From positions 1 through 64,000 of IMG/VR virus record IMGVR_UViG_3300028392_001993: a stretch of DNA of 64,000 bases. The stretch is one strand, 5' to 3'. The stretch comes from a virus. This document shows positions 19,748 to 29,005 of the stretch, piece by piece. How positions within the stretch are numbered: the stretch's first letter is position 1; every line of letters begins with the position of its first letter. The notes under the pieces are model-generated. The model was not told the origin of the DNA, searched no databases, and saw nothing but the letters and a program-made list of their open reading frames with translations. A program made the position numbers and the translations under genes.

Positions 19748-19972
19748 ATGGCCAAGCCATCACTCAAATCCAACCCACGTGTCGCTGAGATCTTTAATGA
19801 TCTAGAAGTGTTCTTGGAGTTCTGTCAGGACTTTGGATATCGTTTCAACGAATCGGACCTGTATAACTTTAAGAGTTATGCCTGGCAACAGTTCAACAAG
19901 TGGCATCAAGGCAAGAATGCCAAGAACATGTGGAACGAGGATGCTCGTAGATTTGCAGGATTCCGTGCATGA
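19748..19972 (+). CDS. Hypothetical protein
   Basis: 74-aa ORF with AAGGA RBS, coupled to the glycosyltransferase. Confidence 0.65.
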   Translation: MAKPSLKSNPRVAEIFNDLEVFLEFCQDFGYRFNESDLYNFKSYAWQQFNKWHQGKNAKNMWNEDARRFAGFRA

Positions 19973-21171
19973 GGAAACTGTTTTACATGGGCTTAGAAAG
20001 TTACGAAGCCCGATACACACTACAATTAACCAACTGGAACCAACGTGTGTTTGACCGTAGAGGTCTTGACGTTGTGTACGTTCCAGGTACTACTATCGAT
20101 AACACACAGGCCATATCAGTTGGTCAGGTGTTAGATGCACACGGTCGCAGTTACTTTGGTATGAGCCAGATGATGAACTTGGTTCAACTCATGAAGAACG
20201 GTGATGTATCTGGTGAGGACGTGATATACTTTGAAGATATGTTCCAACCGGGCATTGAGTCATTGCCTTATATCATGGATCAAATTCCCCAAGAACAACG
20301 TCCGCAAGTATGGGTGCGTTGTTTAGCACAGGCCATCGACCCCGATGACTTTGTACATGTCTGGGGCATGGCAGGATGGATGAGCACATATGAAAAGATG
20401 GTCAATCACTTTGTTACTGGAGTTCTTGCTACCAACGAGGAGATGGTGGCTCATATGCGGATTGCTGGTTGGACTGCTCCGATCTACAACATTTCCGGTC
20501 TTGCATTTGGAAAAGCAGAAGTTCTTGAGCGTGCTGGCGGTAAAGAAAATATTAAACCGTTCGCAGAGCGTCCACGACGAGTTGGGTTTGCGGCTCGTTT
20601 CGATCAAGAGAAACAACCTGGCTTCTTTATGGACCTTATTGAGATGTATGGTGAACTCACCAGCGAGCCTTGTGAGTTTGCAATATACAGTGGCGGACCT
20701 CTGCGAAGCAACAACCCAGAGTATGTTGAACGTGCCCGCCGTATGGAGGCACAGGGGAAACTCAAAATATACGACAACATAACAAAGAATGAATACTATG
20801 CTCATCTTAACAACACTCGTGTGCTTTTTAATTGCGCTCTTCAGGACTGGGTATCTAACACCGTCAGTGAGGCTGATACTCTTGGCTGTAACGTGCTCTA
20901 CCCTGCTTATCGCAGTTTCCCCGAGACTTTCGCAAATGATCCCAACCGTTTATACGTTCCCTGGTCTATAGATGATGCTTATCACAAGATGCAAATGCTC
21001 TTGCGTGAACCACATCATAATATGGGGTTGATCTCAGACTGGAATAACGGAACTGTTGATCGCGTCATTGATATCTTACAAGGCAACGGCGAGCAGTGGA
21101 ACCGAGCAGGTAATCGGTATCGTGACCACGTGGCTCACGAAAAATATCAAGTGGTAAAGATTGAATCATGA
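19969..21171 (+). CDS. GT-B fold (GT4-like) glycosyltransferase
   Basis: FAARFDQEKQP and FNCALQDWVSNTVSEA..LGC..LYP, equivalent to the GT4 E-x7-E region. Confidence 0.75.
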   Translation: MRKLFYMGLESYEARYTLQLTNWNQRVFDRRGLDVVYVPGTTIDNTQAISVGQVLDAHGRSYFGMSQMMNLVQLMKNGDVSGEDVIYFEDMFQPGIESLPYIMDQIPQEQRPQVWVRCLAQAIDPDDFVHVWGMAGWMSTYEKMVNHFVTGVLATNEEMVAHMRIAGWTAPIYNISGLAFGKAEVLERAGGKENIKPFAERPRRVGFAARFDQEKQPGFFMDLIEMYGELTSEPCEFAIYSGGPLRSNNPEYVERARRMEAQGKLKIYDNITKNEYYAHLNNTRVLFNCALQDWVSNTVSEADTLGCNVLYPAYRSFPETFANDPNRLYVPWSIDDAYHKMQMLLREPHHNMGLISDWNNGTVDRVIDILQGNGEQWNRAGNRYRDHVAHEKYQVVKIES

Positions 21172-22115
21172 TTGCAGTAACAGGAGCCTCGGGCTATATT
21201 GGTGGACAGATTGCGCTAAAGTTAGCTGATGCTGGTCAAAAAGTATTAGGTATTGATCTCCGACTATGCCATAGTGGATTATATAGTTCATTTACAGATT
21301 TTGTTCAAGGAGACTTTGCTGACGAAGCATCATTAACTAGACTACTTGAGGCACAACCCACTGCTATCATTCATTGTGCTGGCACAAGTCTAGTAGGGCC
21401 CAGTGTAAAGAATCCTGCTGAGTACTACAAAAACAACGTGGCCAAGACCATGGCACTGCTGGATATTGTGAGATCGGCTTTGCCCAAGACTAGATTTATA
21501 TTCAGTTCTAGTGCGGCTGTGTACGGCGAACCTATCATGAATCCCTGTCACGAAGTCGATCCTTGCGAACCAATCTCTCCATATGGAGAGAGCAAACGTA
21601 TGATAGAACAAATACTAGAAAGTTACCACCGTGCATACGGGTTAGACTATGTGGCGTTCCGCTACTTCAATGCCTGTGGTGCTGATCCCCAAGGTAGACA
21701 TGGACAGGATCCAGGCGCAACGCACGTGATTGCTCGTTTACTAGAAGCCACAAGAGATGGCGGACAGTTCAATATTTACGGCAATGATTATCCTACCGAT
21801 GACGGCACTTGCATACGTGACTATGTACACGTAGATGATATTGCTCACGCACATATTTTGGCTCTAAATCCTATAATTGAATCTGGGGTGTACAATCTTG
21901 CCGAAGGTACAGGCACCAGTGTTCAACAAATTATCGATCGTGCCCAGGATGTGTTAGGTAAAATGCCCAATGTTGGCGTTGAATCTCGTCGTACTGGAGA
22001 TCCTGCCATGCTCACCGCCAATCCAGAAAAGTTTGATCGCGTAATTGGAATGCCGTGGCGTAATTATAATTTGTCCGATGTAATCAACCATACCTGGGCC
22101 TGGTATGTTCGATAA
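21168..22115 (+). CDS. NAD-dependent nucleotide-sugar 4-epimerase (GalE-like)
   Basis: GASGYIG, FSSSAAVYG, YGESK, RYFNACG, IRDYVHV. Confidence 0.9.
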   Translation: MIAVTGASGYIGGQIALKLADAGQKVLGIDLRLCHSGLYSSFTDFVQGDFADEASLTRLLEAQPTAIIHCAGTSLVGPSVKNPAEYYKNNVAKTMALLDIVRSALPKTRFIFSSSAAVYGEPIMNPCHEVDPCEPISPYGESKRMIEQILESYHRAYGLDYVAFRYFNACGADPQGRHGQDPGATHVIARLLEATRDGGQFNIYGNDYPTDDGTCIRDYVHVDDIAHAHILALNPIIESGVYNLAEGTGTSVQQIIDRAQDVLGKMPNVGVESRRTGDPAMLTANPEKFDRVIGMPWRNYNLSDVINHTWAWYVR

Positions 22116-22701
22116 GATTCTAAAGTTCGAACAAGAACTAGCAGAATTCACTGGCGCACCATATGCTATTATGACCGATTGCTGTACTCATGCAATTGAG
22201 TTATGCTTGCGATATGATCAAGTTCAAGAATGTGCGTTCACTCCTTATACCTATTTAAGTATTCCTATGCTTATGCATAAGTTAGGTATCAAATACAATT
22301 ATTTAGATCATGCCTGGCAGCGATGGGTAGGCGAATATCCGTTTGTAGATACACGAATTTGGGATAGTGCCCGTAGATTAGAACGCAATATGTATCGCTC
22401 AAATACCATGCAATGTTTGAGTTTTGGACATGATAAACCTTTACATATAGGCCGTGGTGGTGCTATAATACTTGATGACAAGACAGCATATGATGCAATA
22501 ATTCGTATGAGGTATGACGGTCGCGATCTAAATATCACACCCTGGATAGCACAACGTGAGTTTAGAGTTGGATATCATTACAAGCCCACACCAGAAGAAG
22601 CCATACAAGGGCTGGCATTACTAGAAGGCCTTAAAGAATTTTGTTCCGAACCAAGACACGTTGACTATCAAGATTTAAGAACTATCACAATCAAGGAATA
22701 A
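22105..22701 (+). CDS. Short DegT/DnrJ/EryC1-like PLP aminotransferase
   Basis: FE..LA...G..YA....CT.A.EL; SFG..K.L..G.GG PLP-lysine motif; only 198 aa. Confidence 0.7.
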   Translation: MFDKILKFEQELAEFTGAPYAIMTDCCTHAIELCLRYDQVQECAFTPYTYLSIPMLMHKLGIKYNYLDHAWQRWVGEYPFVDTRIWDSARRLERNMYRSNTMQCLSFGHDKPLHIGRGGAIILDDKTAYDAIIRMRYDGRDLNITPWIAQREFRVGYHYKPTPEEAIQGLALLEGLKEFCSEPRHVDYQDLRTITIKE

Positions 22702-22702
22702 G

Positions 22703-23404
22703 ATGACAGACAACAGTTTAAACCTATCGCAAGTAATTCGCAAGCGTCTAATAGATGCAGACAAGCGGTTCTGGGCAGGTGACAACATCAGTGAGTATAT
22801 CACCGACAAAGAAAAAGACTTACTAGTTGATGAACTTACTGGAAAATTCGAAGGTGTACTAGAAAGTTTAATCATTGATACCAAAACTGATCCAAACTCT
22901 AAAGGCACTGCTCGACGTTTAGCAAAGATGTATGTATATGAAATTATGGCTGGCAGGTACGAGGAGAGTCCTAATGCTACGGCTTTCCCGAACGATACGG
23001 ACGGAGCATACGACGGTATGCTTGTGGTGCGTTCAGAGCTTAAGAGCATGTGTAGCCATCATCACCAGCCTGTTACAGGTGTGGCTTATATTGGAATCAT
23101 TGCTGGTCCCAAACTCATTGGTCTTTCCAAGTACACCCGTATCGCACAGTGGTGTGCTAGAAGAGGAACACTCCAAGAAGAACTTTGCATGGACATTGCA
23201 CGTGAAATCGAGTTTGCGACTGGATCAAAAGACGTGGCAGTTTATATTCAAGCAACACATGGATGTTGTGAGAATCGCGGTATTATGGCACACAGTAGTC
23301 TCACGCAAACCACAGTTTTGCGTGGAAACTTCAAATCAGACCAAAGTGTAAAGAAGGAATTCTTTGACAATATCAAACTACAACAGGACTTTGCACCAAG
23401 ATGA
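22703..23404 (+). CDS. folE: GTP cyclohydrolase I
   Basis: SMCSHH, GLSK..R, LQE, HGCC..RG. Confidence 0.95.
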   Translation: MTDNSLNLSQVIRKRLIDADKRFWAGDNISEYITDKEKDLLVDELTGKFEGVLESLIIDTKTDPNSKGTARRLAKMYVYEIMAGRYEESPNATAFPNDTDGAYDGMLVVRSELKSMCSHHHQPVTGVAYIGIIAGPKLIGLSKYTRIAQWCARRGTLQEELCMDIAREIEFATGSKDVAVYIQATHGCCENRGIMAHSSLTQTTVLRGNFKSDQSVKKEFFDNIKLQQDFAPR

Positions 23405-23802
23405 TTAGTTACGCAACCCTAACAGCCGCACAGGACGGTAAAGTAGCACCCTGGACCAATAATGTACCTGAACTCAGCAACACTCACATAGCCGTATTTC
23501 GTGATGCATATCCTGTTACAGAAGGTCACTTGTTGTTTGTGCCAAGAGCCAACACCGATGAGTCTATTGTGGTAGCTCTAGGTCTAGCATTGTTAACCGG
23601 GCGGCAAATGGTGCAAAACAATCAGTGCGATGCATTCAATGTTGGGCTAAATATGGGTACTGCCGCAGGGCAGACAGTAATGTACCCACACGTACACTTG
23701 ATACCAAGAATGCACGGTGATACTCCCGATCCCATTGGCGGTGTACGTAATGTGGTTGCCGGTCAAGGCAACTACAAAACCAACACTTATCAACAACCAT
23801 AA
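23401..23802 (+). CDS. HIT family hydrolase
   Basis: AGQTVMYPHVHLIPR histidine triad. Confidence 0.9.
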   Translation: MISYATLTAAQDGKVAPWTNNVPELSNTHIAVFRDAYPVTEGHLLFVPRANTDESIVVALGLALLTGRQMVQNNQCDAFNVGLNMGTAAGQTVMYPHVHLIPRMHGDTPDPIGGVRNVVAGQGNYKTNTYQQP

Positions 23803-23805
23803 ACT

Positions 23806-24711
23806 ATGACCACACCATTACAAGCCAATCTAGTTGGCATTGCCACAGCACCCGCTGACTGTGTTGCCGATCCGTTGAAGGATCAACTGGTAAACACCAT
23901 TGTAAAATCCATTACCACCAATTGGTTAGAGGATGACCATGTGGTGCCTCAATTTCTCAGACGATATCGAAAATGGATCGAAAGCACAAAACTAAATCGT
24001 GTGTCAGGACTAGATAATTTTCCCAGTGTGACTTATTCACAAGGTACAACTGAGAGTTTTGATAAATTTTATTTGCGACATCACCGTCGTCGCTTTCGTT
24101 GTTTCCGTGGTGATTACTTGTATCATGAACTTACCTGGAAACACTTAGATTATGATTGGGCGTACATTGATGATGAACCACTACAAACCAATGATGCTGT
24201 GGTATTCAGTTTGCCCTTTGCTGACACCGGCGACCAAAAACACACTCAAGCAATGTTAGATCGTTGTTTAGAACTAGGAATACCTGTGTTAATAGATTCA
24301 GCATTTTTTGGTATCTGTTCAGACGTTGATTTTGATTATAGTCATCCTGCTATCACGGATGTTACCATGAGCCTTAGCAAGCCGTTCCCAGTATACGGAA
24401 TGCGTATTGGCATTAGATTTAGCAAAGATACCGCAGATGGATTGAATATCTATGGTAATACTCACTACGTCAACAAGTTTGGTGCGGCTGTGGGCATACA
24501 ACTTTTCAATCATCAAAACCCAGACAAAATATTCACTCGCTATAGAGATCAACAGTTGGCCTGGTGCAAACAGTATGACCTAGTGCCCAGTAAATGTGTG
24601 ACCTTTGGACTGGACTACAATCACAAGTATGACAATCACAATCGTGGAAGTGTAGACAGCAACCGTATTTGCTTTGCCAAGTTCTTTAACAAAGGCCATC
24701 TGCCATTATGA
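23806..24711 (+). CDS. PLP-dependent (fold type I) enzyme
   Basis: LIDSAF and SLSK.F...G.RIG motifs. Confidence 0.65.
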   Translation: MTTPLQANLVGIATAPADCVADPLKDQLVNTIVKSITTNWLEDDHVVPQFLRRYRKWIESTKLNRVSGLDNFPSVTYSQGTTESFDKFYLRHHRRRFRCFRGDYLYHELTWKHLDYDWAYIDDEPLQTNDAVVFSLPFADTGDQKHTQAMLDRCLELGIPVLIDSAFFGICSDVDFDYSHPAITDVTMSLSKPFPVYGMRIGIRFSKDTADGLNIYGNTHYVNKFGAAVGIQLFNHQNPDKIFTRYRDQQLAWCKQYDLVPSKCVTFGLDYNHKYDNHNRGSVDSNRICFAKFFNKGHLPL

Positions 24712-25544
24712 CTTGGCGGTTTGGCGGCCATAATGATTGGTTTTCAGTTAGTGTTAGTGAGCCAAATTTTCGATTGAGATTTAACAGTCGTGCATCGACC
24801 CTATACCAAAATTTTGACGATGCGGCAGATCATGCCGCTCAGTTGTTGTTCAAGGAATGGGGCGATCGTCCACTTTATCTATCATTAAGCGGCGGGCTCG
24901 ACAGCGAATTCACTGCAAGAATATTACTTAAGAATAAAATTCCATTTATACCAATTATAGTCAAAATTGGAACTCTAAATCAGTCTGAGTCGTGGTACGC
25001 TGAGTATTGGTGCCATGTCAATTCAATTCAACCAATAATTTTAGAGTACACTATTGATGCTTATGTAGATTGCCTTGCTTTACTTTCTCCCAAACTAAAA
25101 CAAATCAAAAACTTTTACATGACTACATCTATGCTGATCTATGAATACGTAGATCAACTTGACGGTTATTGTATATTCTGTGGTGGTGATGTTAACCTTG
25201 ATTCAGCAAGTGGAAAATTTTACTGTCGTAGTTTGGATTTTGCCTCCAATCTAGTCGATGATAGTAGACACCCAACATCTTTTTTTATGTATACTCCGGA
25301 ACTTGTCCTAAGTTATATCAATAAATTTGACATTGCTCAAGATGAGCAGTATAATAAGTTAAGTTTTTACAATGTAACACCTCGACCCAAGATTGATTAC
25401 ATACCAGCATTAAATGCTAACAGTCAATATCGGGAGGTTATGGGCAAACTTTCTCATCTTTTAAAAACGGATCCTTTTGATACTGACACTCAAAAATTTT
25501 GGTATGGTACTAAAGAACAACTCATACAAACTTTACAACCATAA
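24708..25544 (+). CDS. PP-loop (N-type ATP pyrophosphatase) family protein
   Basis: LSLSGGLDS; lacks QueC zinc-binding Cys motif; AT-rich. Confidence 0.6.
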   Translation: MTWRFGGHNDWFSVSVSEPNFRLRFNSRASTLYQNFDDAADHAAQLLFKEWGDRPLYLSLSGGLDSEFTARILLKNKIPFIPIIVKIGTLNQSESWYAEYWCHVNSIQPIILEYTIDAYVDCLALLSPKLKQIKNFYMTTSMLIYEYVDQLDGYCIFCGGDVNLDSASGKFYCRSLDFASNLVDDSRHPTSFFMYTPELVLSYINKFDIAQDEQYNKLSFYNVTPRPKIDYIPALNANSQYREVMGKLSHLLKTDPFDTDTQKFWYGTKEQLIQTLQP

Positions 25545-25556
25545 ATATTTCTCACA

Positions 25557-25619
25557 AGCGGCCTTTGGCGTTCATCCCGCTATACAAACTCTGCCAGCCT
25601 ATGCTCATTAACATAGGAG
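25557..25619 (+). promoter_or_regulatory. Riboswitch-like pseudoknot plus SD-sequestering hairpin upstream of queD
   Basis: AGCGG/CCGCT stem, A-rich tail, loop TTGGCG pairs with TGCCAG; CCTATG/CATAGG covers part of AGGAG. Confidence 0.55.
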
Positions 25620-25626
25620 AAACAGC

Positions 25627-26133
25627 ATGACAACATTAAATCCCGTAGTTTACAAATACACCTCAACCAAAGAGTATCACGACGCATTTCCGTGTGCGTA
25701 TAGACAGTGGAGGGCAGACAGTCATTGTAACTTGATACACGGTTATTCGTTTAGTATGAAGTTTTACTTTGGCACTAATGAACTAGATGTACGTAACTGG
25801 GCAGCCGATTACGGTGGGCTCAAGGAACTTAAAAAAACCTTAGAAGATCAATTTGATCACACACTTATTGTGGCAGCAGATGATCCTGAAATGGAAACAT
25901 TTAAATTGCTACAAGAAAAAAACATGGCCAAGATTGTGGTGTTACCAAGGCTCGGATGCGAAGGACTTAGCGATATGCTGTACAAGTATGTGAATGGTGT
26001 TTACATTCCAGAGATGTGGGGTCCTGGCGAGGCGGCTCGCCTGTGGTGCTATCGTGTGGAAGTACGTGAAACACAAAGCAATATGGCTTATCGTGAAGGC
26101 CATCGTGAATGGAATGAAGATTTATTTGCATGA
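25627..26133 (+). CDS. queD: 6-carboxy-5,6,7,8-tetrahydropterin synthase
   Basis: CNLIHGY, DYGGLK..K..L...FDH, CE, E-T motifs. Confidence 0.85.
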   Translation: MTTLNPVVYKYTSTKEYHDAFPCAYRQWRADSHCNLIHGYSFSMKFYFGTNELDVRNWAADYGGLKELKKTLEDQFDHTLIVAADDPEMETFKLLQEKNMAKIVVLPRLGCEGLSDMLYKYVNGVYIPEMWGPGEAARLWCYRVEVRETQSNMAYREGHREWNEDLFA

Positions 26134-26972
26134 TAGAACACGAGTTTGATATTGCTATGCTGTTGGCCACCCGTGGCCGCACTGATATGTTGGATCGCAG
26201 TATCCGTAGTTTAGTAACTCTTGCAGATGACCCTGGTCGTATACAACTGATGTTTGCATTCGACCGGGACGACGACATTGGGTTCGATTACTTTACGGAA
26301 CATCTCCAGCCTTGGTTAGATACTCAAGATGTTGGGTATACTGCCATGCGATTCGACCGTATGGGTTATATCAATCTCCACAAGTACAACAACGCACTAG
26401 CCGCCAAATCCAGTGCTCGTTGGCTTATGATTTGGAATGATGATGCTGTGATGCAAAGTCAAGGGTGGGATACCACTATTATGAGCCACGAAGGGCAGTT
26501 TAAAGTACTCAGCTTTAAGACTCATAATATGCATCCTTACAGTATCTTTCCTATTGTACCTAGGACGTGGCTTGATTTGTTAGGTTATATCAGTCCACAT
26601 CCAACACAAGATGGATGGGTTAGTCAACAGGCGTATATGTTAGACATTTATGAACGCATTGATGTAAATGTACTACACGACCGATTTGACTTAACTGGCA
26701 ACAATAATGATGAGATATTTAATAATCGCCCTATGCTAGAAGGCAATCTCAATCATCCCATGGACTTTCACAGTCCGCAACAGATCAAACTAAGACAAGG
26801 TGACTGTGCTAAGTTAGCTACATATATGCACGAACAAGGAATCAGCACTGAGTTCTTTGAAAATATATTTAAGGGTACGCAAGATCCTTGGGAAAAATTG
26901 CGACAAAACGATCCAAACAGCCAGATGTTTGCCTTTGAAAGTCCAAACAAGGATCTAAGAAATGTTAAATAG
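26130..26972 (+). CDS. GT-A fold (GT2-like) glycosyltransferase
   Basis: LATRGR, FDRDD, WNDD DxD-like motif; paralog of 29006-29857. Confidence 0.7.
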   Translation: MIEHEFDIAMLLATRGRTDMLDRSIRSLVTLADDPGRIQLMFAFDRDDDIGFDYFTEHLQPWLDTQDVGYTAMRFDRMGYINLHKYNNALAAKSSARWLMIWNDDAVMQSQGWDTTIMSHEGQFKVLSFKTHNMHPYSIFPIVPRTWLDLLGYISPHPTQDGWVSQQAYMLDIYERIDVNVLHDRFDLTGNNNDEIFNNRPMLEGNLNHPMDFHSPQQIKLRQGDCAKLATYMHEQGISTEFFENIFKGTQDPWEKLRQNDPNSQMFAFESPNKDLRNVK

Positions 26973-26975
26973 AGT

Positions 26976-28958
26976 ATGACATACAAAATTGCCTGGGTCC
27001 AGCCCAACTTCCAACAAGGACCTAAAGAGTTCAATGCTCACTATTTGCCATACTCAGCTGGCGTAATATGGAGTTATGCCTTAACTGATCCTTGGGTTAA
27101 AGAAAACTTTGAATGCACAGACATGGTCTGGCGTAGAGATGCTGTGGAACCCCTGGCACAAAAACTTGCCGCCAACGATGTGGTTACATTTAGTACCTAT
27201 GTATGGAACCACCAATACAACTATACTCTAGCACGTATGGTCAAACAATTGAATCCCAACTGCTTGATCATCTTTGGTGGTCCTGAACCTGCTATTACAG
27301 ATCCAGATATCTTTGTCAAAGAACCTTACATGGATCTTGTGATTTGCTTTGAGGGAGAGATTACATTCCGTAATGTAATGCGAGCTTTTGAGTCGCGCAA
27401 CTTTGATGAGATTCCCGGACTGTTGGTCAACAAGAACGGTACAGCACTAAACACCGGCGATGCCAAGCGTATCGAAGCACTTGGAGAAATTCCTAGTCCA
27501 TACTTGAGTGGGGTGTTTGACAAGATTGTGGCAGAGAATCCTGGCATAGAGTGGAACGGCACACTAGAAACCAATCGTGGTTGTCCGTTTGCTTGTACCT
27601 TCTGTGACTGGGGTAGTTTGACCTATAACAAGGTCAAGCACTTTGATGTACAAAGAGTTTATGATGAACTGGAATGGATGGCAAAGCACCGGTGTGGGTT
27701 TATCAGTATTACTGATGCAAACTTTGGTATGTTCCCCGAACGTGATAATCTCATCGCCGATAAAATTATCGAAGTACAGAGCAAGTATGGATATCCAAAA
27801 ACGTTTAGCGTGGCCTGGGCAAAAAACCAAAAGAAAGAGGTTGTGGACATTGTCAAGAAACTTTTGGATGCCCCAGGTTTCAATCAAGGACTTACCTTAT
27901 CTGTGCAGAGTCTCGACGTGGACGTCTTGGAAAATATCCGCAGAAAAAACATGGAAATGAACAAGTTGGAAGAAGTGTTTGAACTGTGTGAACAGCGCAA
28001 CATTCCAACCTACACAGAACTTATTCTTGGCTTGCCTGGCGAAAGTTTAAAGACCTGGAAGGACAACTTCTGGAAACTGTTCCGTATGGGCAACCACACA
28101 GGCCTTACTGTGTTCCAAGCGCAGTTGTTGGAAAATGCAGAGATGAATCTACTGCAAAAGAAACTGTTCAAGATTGGTTCGCAACGTGTGACTGATTACT
28201 TCTCTGGTTCCTACTCTAATGAACACATTGAAGAAGGTATTGATATTATTACTAGCACCAAAGACTTGCCTTTTGAAATCATGTTGGATGCTGAAATCTT
28301 CTCGTGGTACATCAACACTTTTCACATCAATGGTGTGAGCACTTTGTTGAGTCGCTTGGTCTACAAGTATCTTGACATAGACTACAGTGTATTCTACGAA
28401 GACTTGTTTGAGTTTCTACAGCACGACGAATGGTTTGTAAAAGAACAAACAGAGGTGCGCCAGTATTTCAGTAACTGGATGACACAAGGTCAAATTCGTC
28501 ATCCCAACATTGGCGGCATTGAGATTCATGGTTGGAACTTGATTCACCGCAGTATCTTGAACATGCACGTGGAACATCAATATGAAAACATCTTTGCCAA
28601 ACTTGAAGCGTTTATGAGCCGATACAATTTGCCCAAGGAATTGTTAGACAATGTGATGAAGTTTCAAAAGAAATATCTCATTGCATACGATGATGTTGCC
28701 CAGTATCCACAGAAACTAGAACTAGATTACAACATCTGGGAATATTTGACATTTGATCAACCATTGCAACAAGGTGCAGTGATATATAATTTAGACTTTC
28801 CCGAAGACAAGACCATGAGCTTTCCACGATTCCTGGAACTGTTCTATTTTGCAAGACGTAGAAACTTTGGCAAAGCCACAGTAGATACCATAGATGGCAG
28901 TACCAACAACAGTGCCCGAAGAGGCGAAGCCGCTGTGCAAGCAATGGCTATAATATAA
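26976..28958 (+). CDS. B12-binding radical SAM protein
   Basis: N-terminal cobalamin-binding region (FGGPE, EGE); ETNRGCPFACTFCDW; ELILGLPGE. Confidence 0.9.
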   Translation: MTYKIAWVQPNFQQGPKEFNAHYLPYSAGVIWSYALTDPWVKENFECTDMVWRRDAVEPLAQKLAANDVVTFSTYVWNHQYNYTLARMVKQLNPNCLIIFGGPEPAITDPDIFVKEPYMDLVICFEGEITFRNVMRAFESRNFDEIPGLLVNKNGTALNTGDAKRIEALGEIPSPYLSGVFDKIVAENPGIEWNGTLETNRGCPFACTFCDWGSLTYNKVKHFDVQRVYDELEWMAKHRCGFISITDANFGMFPERDNLIADKIIEVQSKYGYPKTFSVAWAKNQKKEVVDIVKKLLDAPGFNQGLTLSVQSLDVDVLENIRRKNMEMNKLEEVFELCEQRNIPTYTELILGLPGESLKTWKDNFWKLFRMGNHTGLTVFQAQLLENAEMNLLQKKLFKIGSQRVTDYFSGSYSNEHIEEGIDIITSTKDLPFEIMLDAEIFSWYINTFHINGVSTLLSRLVYKYLDIDYSVFYEDLFEFLQHDEWFVKEQTEVRQYFSNWMTQGQIRHPNIGGIEIHGWNLIHRSILNMHVEHQYENIFAKLEAFMSRYNLPKELLDNVMKFQKKYLIAYDDVAQYPQKLELDYNIWEYLTFDQPLQQGAVIYNLDFPEDKTMSFPRFLELFYFARRRNFGKATVDTIDGSTNNSARRGEAAVQAMAII

Positions 28959-28968
28959 AAATAATCCG

Positions 28969-28997
28969 TAGACAACAGCCAACCATTGTGTTATAAT
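28969..28997 (+). promoter_or_regulatory. Sigma70-like promoter
   Basis: TAGACA-17 nt-TATAAT with TG extension. Confidence 0.65.
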
Positions 28998-29005
28998 ATA
29001 CAACT

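Noticed and set aside
24708-25544. Calling the PP-loop protein QueC
   Set aside because: Has SGGLDS but lacks the QueC C-terminal zinc-binding cysteines; similar PP-loop genes occur outside the que cluster.
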